Positions 47,165 through 56,642 of a stretch of DNA of 64,000 bases are shown here, piece by piece. A program made the translations under genes and the position numbers. The first letter of the stretch is position 1, and each line of letters begins with the position of its first letter. The notes below the pieces were generated by a model. It saw only the letters and a program-made list of their open reading frames with translations, had not been told where the DNA came from and searched no databases. This DNA comes from Capsulimonadaceae bacterium (GTDB taxonomy: Bacteria > Armatimonadota > Armatimonadia > Armatimonadales > Capsulimonadaceae): NCBI GenBank assembly GCA_965215505.1, contig OZ244065.1:352001-416000 (forward strand). The letters are read 5' to 3'.

Positions 47165-48153
47165 CGGGTAACCTCCAGGGTACTTCGTCGTGGATCCGGT
47201 CTTAATCGTGGGGACGGCCGGGGCCGCCACTGCCCCCGCCGCACGGCTTGGCGCAGCAGCAGCAGCCCGGCCGCCGTGCTGATGACGAGGCAGACCACGC
47301 TGGCCTCCGGCCCGAACGGCCCGCCGGCGAGGGGGAATGGGCCGGCAACGTGGGACCGCAGCAGTGAGTAGGAGGGGCTTGGGGTCAGCCCCGAGTCGGT
47401 GGTACCGTAGACGGCACTCTCAAAGAAGTTCCAGCCCCAGTGCATGCCGATCGGCAGCCACAGCTGGCGCGTCAGCAGGTAGCCCGCCGTCATCAGGATG
47501 CCGGCTTCAAACACCAGGAAGACCGGCCCCGCCAGCTTCTCGGCGGGCGTCGCGCCCGCAATGGGGTTCAGCAGGTGAACCAGGCCGAACGCGACGCCCG
47601 AGCCGGCCAGCGCGATCCCGGTCCCCCAGCGCGTTTCCAAAGTCTGAAAGAGGTAGCCGCGAAAGATCGTCTCCTCCGTGACCGCCACGGCCAGGAACAG
47701 GAAGAGTGGCACGAGGGGCCGGAAATGGGCGTTGACCCCGCCGACGTGGTACGCACCGGTCACGATCAGCGCGCCGATGACCAGCGAAAAGAGGCCGCCC
47801 CCGATCAGCAGGCCCAGGCTGGTGTCTCGCGCCAGCCCCCGCCGCCCTATCCCGGCGTCCTCGAACGTCCGCCGGTCCGCGAAGCGCACCATGATGAGGA
47901 ACGCGGCGAGGGCGGCGACCGCCGAAACCCCCTCAGCGGCCAGCGCCCCGACCTCACTCGTCGGGTCGAACGGGACGTGCGCGATCAGCAGGAACGGCGC
48001 CAGCGGCACCGCAAGCGCCACACAGAGAACGGCCAGCAGGCCCAGGAATGCCAGGATGCGCGTAACGGGCGAGTCCCAGACGCGCCTCCCGAGGCGGGGC
48101 TTGACCGTCACAGGGTCCGAAGTGTCATGGGCCGAAAGCGTCTCGTTATCCAT
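47161..48153 (-). CDS. CPBP (CAAX/Abi) intramembrane protease
   Basis: EETIFRGY, FGLVH, HWGWN. Confidence 0.9.
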   Translation of the reverse strand: MDNETLSAHDTSDPVTVKPRLGRRVWDSPVTRILAFLGLLAVLCVALAVPLAPFLLIAHVPFDPTSEVGALAAEGVSAVAALAAFLIMVRFADRRTFEDAGIGRRGLARDTSLGLLIGGGLFSLVIGALIVTGAYHVGGVNAHFRPLVPLFLFLAVAVTEETIFRGYLFQTLETRWGTGIALAGSGVAFGLVHLLNPIAGATPAEKLAGPVFLVFEAGILMTAGYLLTRQLWLPIGMHWGWNFFESAVYGTTDSGLTPSPSYSLLRSHVAGPFPLAGGPFGPEASVVCLVISTAAGLLLLRQAVRRGQWRPRPSPRLRPDPRRSTLEVTR

Positions 48154-48165
48154 GTCGTTTGCCGT

Positions 48166-48393
48166 TCACAGGCACGCGAAGCTGACCAGTGCGGCGAGGG
48201 CGGTGGCCGCCATCAGCAGGAGGATGCCACCTTCATAAAGCCTGTCCAAAGACGCGCGCTTGGCCGGGGCCGCCGGCTTCCGCGAGGACGCCGCAGGCGA
48301 CTCCGCGGGCCACTCGACCAGGCGAAGGTGGCCGCGCTCCCTGGTGCGGGGAATCGCCCCGCTCGTCTCCTCAGTATGCTGCGTCACTGCCAT
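48166..48393 (-). CDS. small protein with C-terminal TM helix
   Basis: GAGGAG RBS; in operon; hydrophobic C-terminus. Confidence 0.6.
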   Translation of the reverse strand: MAVTQHTEETSGAIPRTRERGHLRLVEWPAESPAASSRKPAAPAKRASLDRLYEGGILLLMAATALAALVSFACL

Positions 48394-48403
48394 GGATGTC
48401 TCC

Positions 48404-48829
48404 TCAGTTGCCGCTCTTGGGTCCGTCGGTGGAAAGGTCCTGCAAGGCGGTCAGGCCCGCGTCGGCGTCCATCGTGCCGTCCTGGATGGCGGCCAGTATC
48501 TCGCGCCGCCGGGCGGCCTTTTCTTCTGCCGTCATCGCGGCGGGCTGCGTGTGCCGGCCCTCATTCGAAAAGTCCAGCGCGTTCAGCAGGGCGTCCAGCC
48601 GACCACGGACGGTCGGATAGGAAATGCCCAGGGCGGCCTCCACGTCGCGGATGACGCCCCGGCAGCGCAGGAACGTCTCCAAGAACCGGAGCTGCTCCGC
48701 GTCGAGGTTGCGGTACGGCGCAAGCGCGAAATGCCCCCGCATCTGCACCCCGCAGCCGAGGCAGCTCGCTTCGGTGACTTCCAACGTCCCGCTGCAAAGC
48801 GGGCATTTGTTCGGCAAGGCTTGTGTCAT
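48404..48829 (-). CDS. DUF2089 zinc-ribbon/HTH regulator
   Basis: CPLC..CLGC, FLRCRG..LGISYPTVRGRLD, C-terminal SHOCT-like segment. Confidence 0.9.
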   Translation of the reverse strand: MTQALPNKCPLCSGTLEVTEASCLGCGVQMRGHFALAPYRNLDAEQLRFLETFLRCRGVIRDVEAALGISYPTVRGRLDALLNALDFSNEGRHTQPAAMTAEEKAARRREILAAIQDGTMDADAGLTALQDLSTDGPKSGN

Positions 48830-48846
48830 TTGTTGTTTCCTTTGAT

Positions 48847-48875
48847 ATTATGCGATAGATTATTGAAAAAGTCAA
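48847..48875 (-). promoter_or_regulatory. sigma70 promoter of the DUF2089 operon
   Basis: TTGACT-N17-CATAAT in an AT-rich patch. Confidence 0.7.
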
Positions 48876-48937
48876 TAACGATATTAATTATTTTAACTTT
48901 TTCTCATGCGCCTACCCTTTGCGAACGGGGCGGGGCA

Positions 48938-48966
48938 TTGACGCCGTTTGTCCGGCCCGCTATAAT
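48938..48966 (+). promoter_or_regulatory. sigma70 promoter, probably giving a leaderless transcript
   Basis: TTGACG-N17-TATAAT, 5 nt before ATG 48972. Confidence 0.75.
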
Positions 48967-48971
48967 GAGTC

Positions 48972-50291
48972 ATGCGCTTGACTTACCGCCTCGTCCTGCT
49001 CCTCGCGCTCGGCGCGCTGCCGCTCCTGTTCGAAGCCCGCGCGTCCTGGGTGCTGACCGCTGTGCTGGTCTATAACGCCCTCCTGGCCGCCTGCACGCTG
49101 GCCGACTTCCTGGCCTCCCCCGCGCCCGACAAGGCGGTCAGCCTGACGCGAACCGTGGACGAGAAGCTGGCGCTCGGGGCGCAGAACGCCGTCACCATCG
49201 AGGTGCGGAACCGGACCGACGCGCCGCTGGCACTGACCATCCGGGACCTGCCGCCGCCGACCTTCGGCCTGGACCGGGCGGTCGAGGGCCGGATGTCGCT
49301 GCCGGCCGACCCGCGCCCCGTCCGCTTCGTCTACCACGTCACGCCGCCCGCCAAGGGCGACTTCACTTTCGGCGACCTGTACTTCCAGTATCCGGGCAGG
49401 CTCGGCCTGATCCGCCGGCAGGCGGTCGCGGTCGCCCGAAGGTCCGTCAAGGTCTACCCGAACCTGGTGGAGACGGCCAAGTACGAGCTGCTGGCCCGGC
49501 GGGGCCGCTTGCAGCAGCTCGGCATCCGCGCGGCCCGGATACGCGGCGGCGGGTCCGAGTTCGAGAGCCTGCGCGAGTACGTCCCCGGCGACGAGTACAA
49601 GAAGATCGACTGGAGCGCGACCGCCCGGCGGGGCAAGCTGATCTCGCGGCAGTACGAGGCCGAGCGGTCGCAGAACATCATGCTGCTGCTGGACACGGGC
49701 CGGAACATGCTCCAGAGCATCCAGAAGATGGCGAAGCTGGACTACGTCGTCAACACCGCCCTGATGCTGGCCTACGTCGCCGCCGCCTCCGACGACAAGG
49801 TGGGCCTGATGGCCTTTGACGCCGACATCCGCGCCTACCTGCCGCCCGCCAAAAGCAAGGCCCAGGTCTACGGCATATTAGAAAGCCTCTACAACCTGGA
49901 AGCGCGCATGGTGGAGACGGACTACAAAGCCGCCTTCCAGAACCTTTCCACCCGCTGGCGTCGCCGGTCGCTTGTCGTCCTGTTCACCGACCTGGTTGAC
50001 CCGGACTCGTCGGTGCAGATGCTGGATGCCGTGCCGATGATCTCCGACCAGCACCGCGTCGTCTGCGTTACGGTGAGTGACCCGAACATCCTCGCCGCCG
50101 CCAGGAGCGTCCCGACCGACAGCGCGGGCGTCTACCGCAAGGCGGTCGCCACCCAGGTCTTGCAGGAGCGCCGCGCGGCCATTTCGGTCCTGAAGCGGCG
50201 CGGGGTTTGGACGATAGACAGCCCGCCGGAGGAGTTGAGTGCGGACCTGATCAACCATTATCTGGACTTGAAGGCGCGTTCGATGATTTAG
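48972..50291 (+). CDS. DUF58 (vWA-like, MoxR-associated) protein
   Basis: GSEFESLREYVPGD..IDWSATAR, LLLDTGRNM. Confidence 0.9.
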   Translation: MRLTYRLVLLLALGALPLLFEARASWVLTAVLVYNALLAACTLADFLASPAPDKAVSLTRTVDEKLALGAQNAVTIEVRNRTDAPLALTIRDLPPPTFGLDRAVEGRMSLPADPRPVRFVYHVTPPAKGDFTFGDLYFQYPGRLGLIRRQAVAVARRSVKVYPNLVETAKYELLARRGRLQQLGIRAARIRGGGSEFESLREYVPGDEYKKIDWSATARRGKLISRQYEAERSQNIMLLLDTGRNMLQSIQKMAKLDYVVNTALMLAYVAAASDDKVGLMAFDADIRAYLPPAKSKAQVYGILESLYNLEARMVETDYKAAFQNLSTRWRRRSLVVLFTDLVDPDSSVQMLDAVPMISDQHRVVCVTVSDPNILAAARSVPTDSAGVYRKAVATQVLQERRAAISVLKRRGVWTIDSPPEELSADLINHYLDLKARSMI

Positions 50292-50293
50292 AG

Positions 50294-50485
50294 GCCGCCC
50301 TGCTTCCGCTCGCGAACCCCCTTCGCGTCCAGCCCCTGCTTTTCACCGGGACGAGCCTGTCCGGCGGGGAGTCCGGCGACCGGCAGCGGGTGGGCCGGCG
50401 GTTCAACCTGACCGCGGCGCTCTCTGACCATGAGCGTCACGACTGCCCCTGATGCGAGAGGACTATTGACGAAATCGCGGGCGGC
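50294..50485 (-). ncRNA. structured ncRNA candidate (6S RNA-like rod)
   Basis: ends GCCGCCC/GGGCGGC pair; further pairings with G-U on the minus strand; 192 nt; TAGAAT upstream at 50501-50506. Confidence 0.4.
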
Positions 50486-50494
50486 TGTTATAGT
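50466..50494 (+). promoter_or_regulatory. sigma70 promoter for the GH26 gene
   Basis: TTGACG-N17-TATAGT. Confidence 0.6.
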
Positions 50495-50543
50495 GTTGGC
50501 ATTCTACGCCGAGAGGTCCGGTGTCCGGCCAAGGAGGTTGTTG

Positions 50544-51842
50544 ATGCGATCCCGTTCCCCGATTTCCAGGTGGTGCCGGGCGGCGCTGCCGCTGGTCCTG
50601 GCCGCCGTGGCCGCCGGTGCGGCGGCCCAGACGCCCCCGGTCGTTCCCGCGCCCGCCGCGCCGCCGGTCGTCCCCCAGGCCGCGCCGACCCCGGCGGCGT
50701 GGGCCGACCCGCACCCCGACATCCCCTACCTGCCGAAGCCCCGCGCCGTGGCCGCCGACGCCTTGGTGGAACACCCGCCGGTCACGGCCGACGCCTCCCC
50801 CGAGGCGCGCGCCCTGCTGCACATGCTCTACCAGGTTTCCGGCAAGCACACCCTCAGCGGCCAGCACAACGACTCCGCCCATCCGGGGGCCAACACCGAC
50901 ATCGCCGCCCAGATCACCGGCAAAAGCCCCGCCGTCTACGGCGAGGACTGGGGCTTCGGGGCCGACGCCGCCGCCCGCCGCCATGACGAAGTCAAAGAAC
51001 TGATCGCCCAGTGGCGGGCCGGGCACGTCGTCGCCCTCTGCTGGCACGAGCCGCCGCCCACCATGGACGAGCCGGTTTCCTTCAAGGGCGAGATCCAGAG
51101 CCGCATCACCGACCGGCAGTTCAATGACCTGCTGACGCCCGGCACGCCGCTTTACAAGCACTGGTGTACGCAGCTCGACGCCATCGCCGAATGCCTCAAG
51201 GAGCTACAGGACGCGCACGTCCCCGTCCTGTGGCGTCCGCTGCACGAGATCAACGGGGACTGGTTCTGGTGGGACGGGGTGCGCGGGGACGCGGCCCACG
51301 GCTCCAAGCAGCTCTACCGCCAGGAGTTCGACCGCCTTGTCCACTACCACCACCTGACCAACCTGGTCTGGGTGTGGAACCCCGACCGGCCCGAGCGGGC
51401 CGACCGGCAGTTCGTGGACTACTTCCCCGGCAGCCAGTATGTGGACGTGCTGGCCCTGGACTGCTACAACGTCTACAAGCAGTCCTACTACGACGACCTG
51501 AACGCCCTGTCCGACGGCAAGGTGCTGGCGATCGCCGAGACGTATGTGCCGCCGACGCTTGCGGTCTACAAGGCCCAGCCCAAGTGGGCCTACTACATGC
51601 GCTGGTCGCCCAACACCCGCCAGCTCCAGCGGATGCTGGCGAACCACCAGGAGCAGCAGGCGGCGGACACGTTCGCGGGCATCCTGATGCGCTCCGACCA
51701 GCCGACGCCGCCCAACGCCCTGTCGGGGGCGGAGCTGCGCGCCATCCTGGACAGCCCGCGCCTGATGAGCGTCGGCGACCCCGCCTACACCCAGGCCCTG
51801 AACCCCGTCCGCGCCGCCGCCGCCCTGTCCCCGCTCCCCTGA
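50544..51842 (+). CDS. secreted GH26 glycoside hydrolase (beta-mannanase-like)
   Basis: AGGAGG RBS, signal peptide, LSGQH, WRPLHEINGDWFWW, YFPG..YVDV, IAET. Confidence 0.88.
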   Translation: MRSRSPISRWCRAALPLVLAAVAAGAAAQTPPVVPAPAAPPVVPQAAPTPAAWADPHPDIPYLPKPRAVAADALVEHPPVTADASPEARALLHMLYQVSGKHTLSGQHNDSAHPGANTDIAAQITGKSPAVYGEDWGFGADAAARRHDEVKELIAQWRAGHVVALCWHEPPPTMDEPVSFKGEIQSRITDRQFNDLLTPGTPLYKHWCTQLDAIAECLKELQDAHVPVLWRPLHEINGDWFWWDGVRGDAAHGSKQLYRQEFDRLVHYHHLTNLVWVWNPDRPERADRQFVDYFPGSQYVDVLALDCYNVYKQSYYDDLNALSDGKVLAIAETYVPPTLAVYKAQPKWAYYMRWSPNTRQLQRMLANHQEQQAADTFAGILMRSDQPTPPNALSGAELRAILDSPRLMSVGDPAYTQALNPVRAAAALSPLP

Positions 51843-51961
51843 CCCGTACAAGCGGCTGACCGGCGCGGGGGCGTCTCCGGGGCAACGCACTTCTAGGATG
51901 AAGGCGAGACACCGCCACCCGGAGGCTCATGCAAGAAGTCTACCGTTCGAGGGGGGACATC

Positions 51962-52501
51962 ATGGACAAAGCACAGTTCTGGCGATTGATAGAAGACGCC
52001 AAAGACAAAAGCGGCGGTGAGTGCGAGGAACAGGCTGAACGGATAGAGGCAGCCTTAGTCAAGTTGCCTCCCGAGGAGATTATTGCCTTTGACCGCATCC
52101 TGGATGAACTCCGCGATAAGGCTTACCGCTGGGACCTGTGGGGCGCAGGGCAGTTAATCAACGGCTTCTGCTCCGACGACGGCTTTGAGTATTTCCGGTG
52201 CTGGATCATCGCGCAGGGGCAGACTGTCTATGAAAACGCACTTGCTAATCCTGACAGTCTAGCGGATGTCGTTGAACCCGGTTTTGATGACGCCGAATGT
52301 GAAGCGCTTCTTTATGTCGCGGGGACAGCATACGAGGCAACCACTGGGCAGGAAATCCCCTACTTCGGCACCCCGCAGCCTGATGCAAACGGTAACTATA
52401 CGGTCCCTGAACCGGCAGGCCCAAAGCCGGACGATGATAACGCCATGGATTTGTATCCGCGCCTGTGGGCGAGGGCTGAGGCGCAAGCTGAAGGAGCGTA
52501 A
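51962..52501 (+). CDS. DUF4240 protein
   Basis: MDKAQFWRLIE, LWGAG..CSDDGFEYFRCWIIAQG. Confidence 0.85.
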   Translation: MDKAQFWRLIEDAKDKSGGECEEQAERIEAALVKLPPEEIIAFDRILDELRDKAYRWDLWGAGQLINGFCSDDGFEYFRCWIIAQGQTVYENALANPDSLADVVEPGFDDAECEALLYVAGTAYEATTGQEIPYFGTPQPDANGNYTVPEPAGPKPDDDNAMDLYPRLWARAEAQAEGA

Positions 52502-52505
52502 CCAT

Positions 52506-54023
52506 ATGAGAGAGATCAGCCTGCGCTTGAGCCTCCTACTCCTCGCCCTCCTCCTTTTCGCCCCGTGCCTGCCTCTCCGCGCCCAGGCCCCGCTCGACGA
52601 TGGGCGCGTCATGCTGCAAGGGTTTTACTGGGAGTCGCACCGCTTCGGCCACCCCGACAAGTACCCGCAGTTCGGGACGAAGCACTGGTACGAGATCGTC
52701 CGCGCAGATGCCGCCGACATCCAGCGGGGGCGGTTTGATTTGGTCTGGCTGCCGCCGCCGTGCTATGCAGGCGACAACAGCGCGGGGTACAACCCGAAGC
52801 AGTATTTCAAGCTGGACAACGACTACGGCACGTTCGCGCAGCAGCGCGCCTTGCTGACGACATTGCGGCAGGACGGCGTTGAGCCGGTGGCCGACATCGT
52901 CATCAACCACCGGGACGGCGACAAGACCTGGACGGACTTCAAGAACCCCGACTGGGGCCTGTGGTCCATCTGCGGCGACGACGAGGCGTTCTCGGACCCG
53001 CGCTCCAACGCCTTCAACACGCCGGTCGCCTTGCGGGGTGCGCCGGAGGAGGCTCCCACCCCTTACGGGGCCGACAAAACCACCTACGCCTACCCCGACT
53101 TCCGCGACGTTGACCACACCAACCGGCAGGTGCGGCGCGACATCCTGCGCTATTTGCTGGAACTGAAATCGGCGGGGTATCGCGGCTGGCGCTATGACAT
53201 GGTGCAGGGCTACCACGCCCACTGGCTCGCCCTCTACAACAGGCGGACGCAGCCGACCTTCTCCGTCGGCGAGTACCAGTGGGACCGGGAGAGTGAGCAG
53301 CGCGGGTGGTCCTGGTGGACGGCGACGACGCCCGGTACTCTCGCCACGTCCAGCGCCGTGTTCGACTTCACCACGATGTTCAGCCTGAAGGACAGCAAGG
53401 GCAACTATGACGCCCTCTACGCGCACGGCCACGGCCTGGGCCTGATGGGCGACACGACCGATGGCGTTGCCTGGAAGCAGCGGGCGGTGACGTTCCTGGA
53501 GAACCACGACACCGGCTACCGCACGCAGGACGACGGGACGCCCCAGCCCGGTCACGAGTTCGACAGCTTCGCCAACACCTGGGAGGTGGAGCAGGGCTAC
53601 GCCTACGTCCTGACCCATCCCGGCGTCCCGTGCGTCTACTGGAAGCACTATTTCGAGTGGGGGCAAGACCTGCACGACAAGATTGCGGCGCTCATCAACG
53701 CCCGCAAGGTCGCCGGCGTCAACGCCGGCAGCGCCCTCTTCCCGCAGGACAACGCCCGCCGCAGGGGCGTCTACGCGGCCTTCGTGCAGGGCAAAAATGG
53801 CGCGCTCTACGTCCGCATCGGCGGCAGTGACGCCGACTGGCAGCCGTCCAAATCGGGCCATACCGGCGCCCGCGAGTACGCGGCGGGGACTGGCTGGAAG
53901 GTCTGGGTGGCCCTGCCCGGCAACCCGCCCGTCCGTCAGGCCCCCCTCCCGGCGGCCCTGCCCGCCCCGCCGCCATACCAGAGCGGCGAGACGATCCAGG
54001 TCCCGGAGGCGTGGCTGGACTGA
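52506..54023 (+). CDS. secreted GH13 alpha-amylase
   Basis: MLQGFYWES, VWLPPP, ADIVINH, GWRYDMVQGY, VGEY, FLENHD. Confidence 0.9.
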   Translation: MREISLRLSLLLLALLLFAPCLPLRAQAPLDDGRVMLQGFYWESHRFGHPDKYPQFGTKHWYEIVRADAADIQRGRFDLVWLPPPCYAGDNSAGYNPKQYFKLDNDYGTFAQQRALLTTLRQDGVEPVADIVINHRDGDKTWTDFKNPDWGLWSICGDDEAFSDPRSNAFNTPVALRGAPEEAPTPYGADKTTYAYPDFRDVDHTNRQVRRDILRYLLELKSAGYRGWRYDMVQGYHAHWLALYNRRTQPTFSVGEYQWDRESEQRGWSWWTATTPGTLATSSAVFDFTTMFSLKDSKGNYDALYAHGHGLGLMGDTTDGVAWKQRAVTFLENHDTGYRTQDDGTPQPGHEFDSFANTWEVEQGYAYVLTHPGVPCVYWKHYFEWGQDLHDKIAALINARKVAGVNAGSALFPQDNARRRGVYAAFVQGKNGALYVRIGGSDADWQPSKSGHTGAREYAAGTGWKVWVALPGNPPVRQAPLPAALPAPPPYQSGETIQVPEAWLD

Positions 54024-54057
54024 GGGAGACGATTAAGGAATGCGAACACATTCCAGA

Positions 54058-54137
54058 AGGGCGAACACAAGGTTCGCCCCTACGTCCGCACATCCGGCCC
54101 GCCTACCCCGTAGGGGCGAACCTTGTGTTCGCCCTTC
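54058..54137. repeat. GTAG-type REP inverted doublet
   Basis: AGGGCGAACACAAGGTTCGCCCCTAC / GTAGGGGCGAACCTTGTGTTCGCCCT. Confidence 0.85.
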
Positions 54138-54227
54138 CTGTATCCCCCTCCCAAATCTTCTCTGTTCGCTTTCCGTGCCCGCTGTCCATGTATAAGCAGA
54201 AGGCCAGCAGGAACGGAAAGGAGAACC

Positions 54228-55742
54228 ATGCAGGACGACAAACTACTCACCCAGTACGCGCGTGACGGCTCCGAAGCCGCCTTCGGCCAGCTCGTCGCGC
54301 GTCACCTCACCCTGGTCTACTCCACCTGCCTGCGTGAGACCGGCTCGCCCTCCCAGGCCGAGGACGCGGCCCAGGTCGTCTTCCTGCTGCTCGCCCGCAA
54401 GGCCAAGTCGCTGCGCGCCGGGCCGAGCCTGGCGGGGTGGCTCTACAACGCGGCCCGGTTCGTCGCCAAGGATGTCCGCAAGCAGGAGGCGCGGCAGCGT
54501 CTGCGGGAGGAGGCTGTGATGCAGGAGGTGACACACCGGCAGGAACCGTTTACCCCGGAGTGGGAGGGCATCGAGCCGCTGCTGAACGACGCCCTCTCCA
54601 TATTGAGGCCGGGAGATCGCGAGGCGATCCTGCTGCGCTTCATCGAGGGCCACAGCCTGGCCGAAACCGGCGCGGTCCTGGGCCTGTCCGAAGACGCTGC
54701 CCGGATGCGCGTCACGCGGGCTATCGAGAAGATGCGCCGCCACCTGACAGCACACGGGGCCGCCGTCACGGGCGTAGTTCTGACCGGCTATCTGGTCTCC
54801 GAGGCAGCGCGGCCCGGCCCGGCTGATGCTGCTGCTATCACTCAGGCAACGCTACAGGCTGTTGCCACAGGTCCCACTGCAAACGTCCTGCTGCTCTCGA
54901 AAGGGGTGTATCAGACAATGAAAATCATCAAGGTCAAAATCGCGGTTCTCGCTGCCGTGCTGGTATCGGTCGGCTCTGCCCTTCCTCCTCTTGCCCGAGC
55001 CATTAGTCCGCACAAAGCAAGTGTGGAAATGGCCGCCGCGCCCGTGCCGCAGAGTGTCCCCGTCCCGCCCGTGCCGCAGGCTGAACCCATTGCCCCAGCC
55101 CCGAAGGCTGGACCCACCGCGCCTGCGCCGCAGGCTGAACCCATTGCGCCTACGCCTCAGAGTGAACCTGCCGCGCCCACGCCGCAGGCTGAACCCGCCA
55201 CGCCTGCACCTCAGAGCGAACCCGTTGCTCCGGCACCGCCAGCTAGACCCGTTGCTCCCGCACCGCAGGCTGAACCTGCTGTCCCATCCTCAAAATCTCC
55301 CACCGCAGCCGACGTGGACCTCTTGCAAGCGATGGAGCACTACCGACTTGTCATCGTGGGATACCGGGCTGGGGCTAACACTTCTGCCGACCTGAGCGAA
55401 GCTACGCTTGCGCTGGCCGAAGCTCGCCTGCGTGTCGCCCAAAGCAAGCCGGACGAAGTCTTACAGAATCTAGAAACCATCGAGGCGCAGCGGGCAGAGA
55501 TGCTAAGGCTCGCCACGGTTGGCTACCGGGCGGGGGCAGCGGGTTATACTTCCGCTAATGTGAAGAAGGCAAACGTGGTGCTGATCGAGGCTAAAGTGCG
55601 TGTGAATCTCTACAAAGCGGTTATGTCCCAAAGCGGAGCCGATTTGAAGCAGTCAGTGGACGCGGCGGTGGCGGACCTACAAGCCGCCCGAGACCAATAC
55701 GCGGACGTACAAGAGGGCAGCGCAAAGAGCGGTGCGAGATGA
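54228..55742 (+). CDS. ECF sigma factor with TM, Pro-rich linker and helical C-terminal extension
   Basis: AFGQLVARH, AEDAAQVVFLLL, LAGWLY, region 4 SLAETGAVLGLSEDAARMRV; TM; AAGGAG RBS. Confidence 0.88.
   Translation: MQDDKLLTQYARDGSEAAFGQLVARHLTLVYSTCLRETGSPSQAEDAAQVVFLLLARKAKSLRAGPSLAGWLYNAARFVAKDVRKQEARQRLREEAVMQEVTHRQEPFTPEWEGIEPLLNDALSILRPGDREAILLRFIEGHSLAETGAVLGLSEDAARMRVTRAIEKMRRHLTAHGAAVTGVVLTGYLVSEAARPGPADAAAITQATLQAVATGPTANVLLLSKGVYQTMKIIKVKIAVLAAVLVSVGSALPPLARAISPHKASVEMAAAPVPQSVPVPPVPQAEPIAPAPKAGPTAPAPQAEPIAPTPQSEPAAPTPQAEPATPAPQSEPVAPAPPARPVAPAPQAEPAVPSSKSPTAADVDLLQAMEHYRLVIVGYRAGANTSADLSEATLALAEARLRVAQSKPDEVLQNLETIEAQRAEMLRLATVGYRAGAAGYTSANVKKANVVLIEAKVRVNLYKAVMSQSGADLKQSVDAAVADLQAARDQYADVQEGSAKSGAR
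55047..55289 (+). repeat. 27-bp coding tandem repeat (PQ[A/S]EPxAPA, about 9 units)
   Basis: 9-aa units PQSVPVPPV, PQAEPIAPA, PKAGPTAPA ... PQAEPAVPS. Confidence 0.85.
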
Positions 55743-55820
55743 GCCACATGCGGGGCTTGACCACGCTTTAGATACCACCATGCCTTCTCAATCAAGGCTA
55801 TCATCAGGTACAATGGGCGC

Positions 55821-56642
55821 ATGGGTTCGACCTTCACCGTCCATGCACTCGCCTCCGGCTCCTCGGGCAACGCCACCCTCGTTCGCGCGGGCGATGTGTC
55901 CATCCTGATTGATGCGGGGATCGGCATGAGGAAGCTGACGGCGGCCCTGGCGAAGCAGGGGCTGGCACCAAGCGACCTCAGCGGTGCGGTCATCACGCAC
56001 GAACACTCGGACCATGTGCAGAGTGCCCACGCGCTGTCCAAGCGGCACGGCGTCCCGCTGATCGCGAGCGAGCGGACACTGACGGCGTTCTACCGGCGCA
56101 AGACGCAGTCGCCGCACCTGATCCTGCCGGTGGGGGACCGGTGGCGGGTGGGGGATTTGGAGATCGAGACGTTCCCCGTGCCGCACGACGCCGCCGACCC
56201 GGTGGGCATCAACGTCGTCCACGTCCCCAGCGGGCAGAAGGTCAGCCACTTGACCGATCTGGGGCACGTAACGGAGACGGTCCGGCGGGCCATCCGGGGG
56301 GCGCACCTGCTGGTCTTGGAGGCGAACCACGACGTTCACCGGCTGCGCGGAGGCGACTATCCGGGCCACCTGAAGGCGCGGATTTTAGCCGACACCGGCC
56401 ACCTGTCTAACGAGGCCGCCGGCCATCTGCTCTGCGAACACGCCCTGAACCACGGGCCGCACACGGTCTGGCTGGCCCACCTGTCCAAAGAAAACAACAC
56501 CCCCAAGCTGGCGCTCGGCTACGCCAAAGCCACCGTCGCCGTCGAGACGAACTGCCCCGTCGTCTTCGACGTCGCCAAGCGCGACTCCCCCTCCGCGCTG
56601 TGGACGCCGGGCCGCTCCTCCCTCCAGCTCAGTCTCTTCTAG
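55821..56642 (+). CDS. MBL-fold metallo-hydrolase (YycJ/WalJ-like)
   Basis: ASGSSGNA, THEHSDH, VPHDA, LEANHD, GHLSN. Confidence 0.9.
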   Translation: MGSTFTVHALASGSSGNATLVRAGDVSILIDAGIGMRKLTAALAKQGLAPSDLSGAVITHEHSDHVQSAHALSKRHGVPLIASERTLTAFYRRKTQSPHLILPVGDRWRVGDLEIETFPVPHDAADPVGINVVHVPSGQKVSHLTDLGHVTETVRRAIRGAHLLVLEANHDVHRLRGGDYPGHLKARILADTGHLSNEAAGHLLCEHALNHGPHTVWLAHLSKENNTPKLALGYAKATVAVETNCPVVFDVAKRDSPSALWTPGRSSLQLSLF

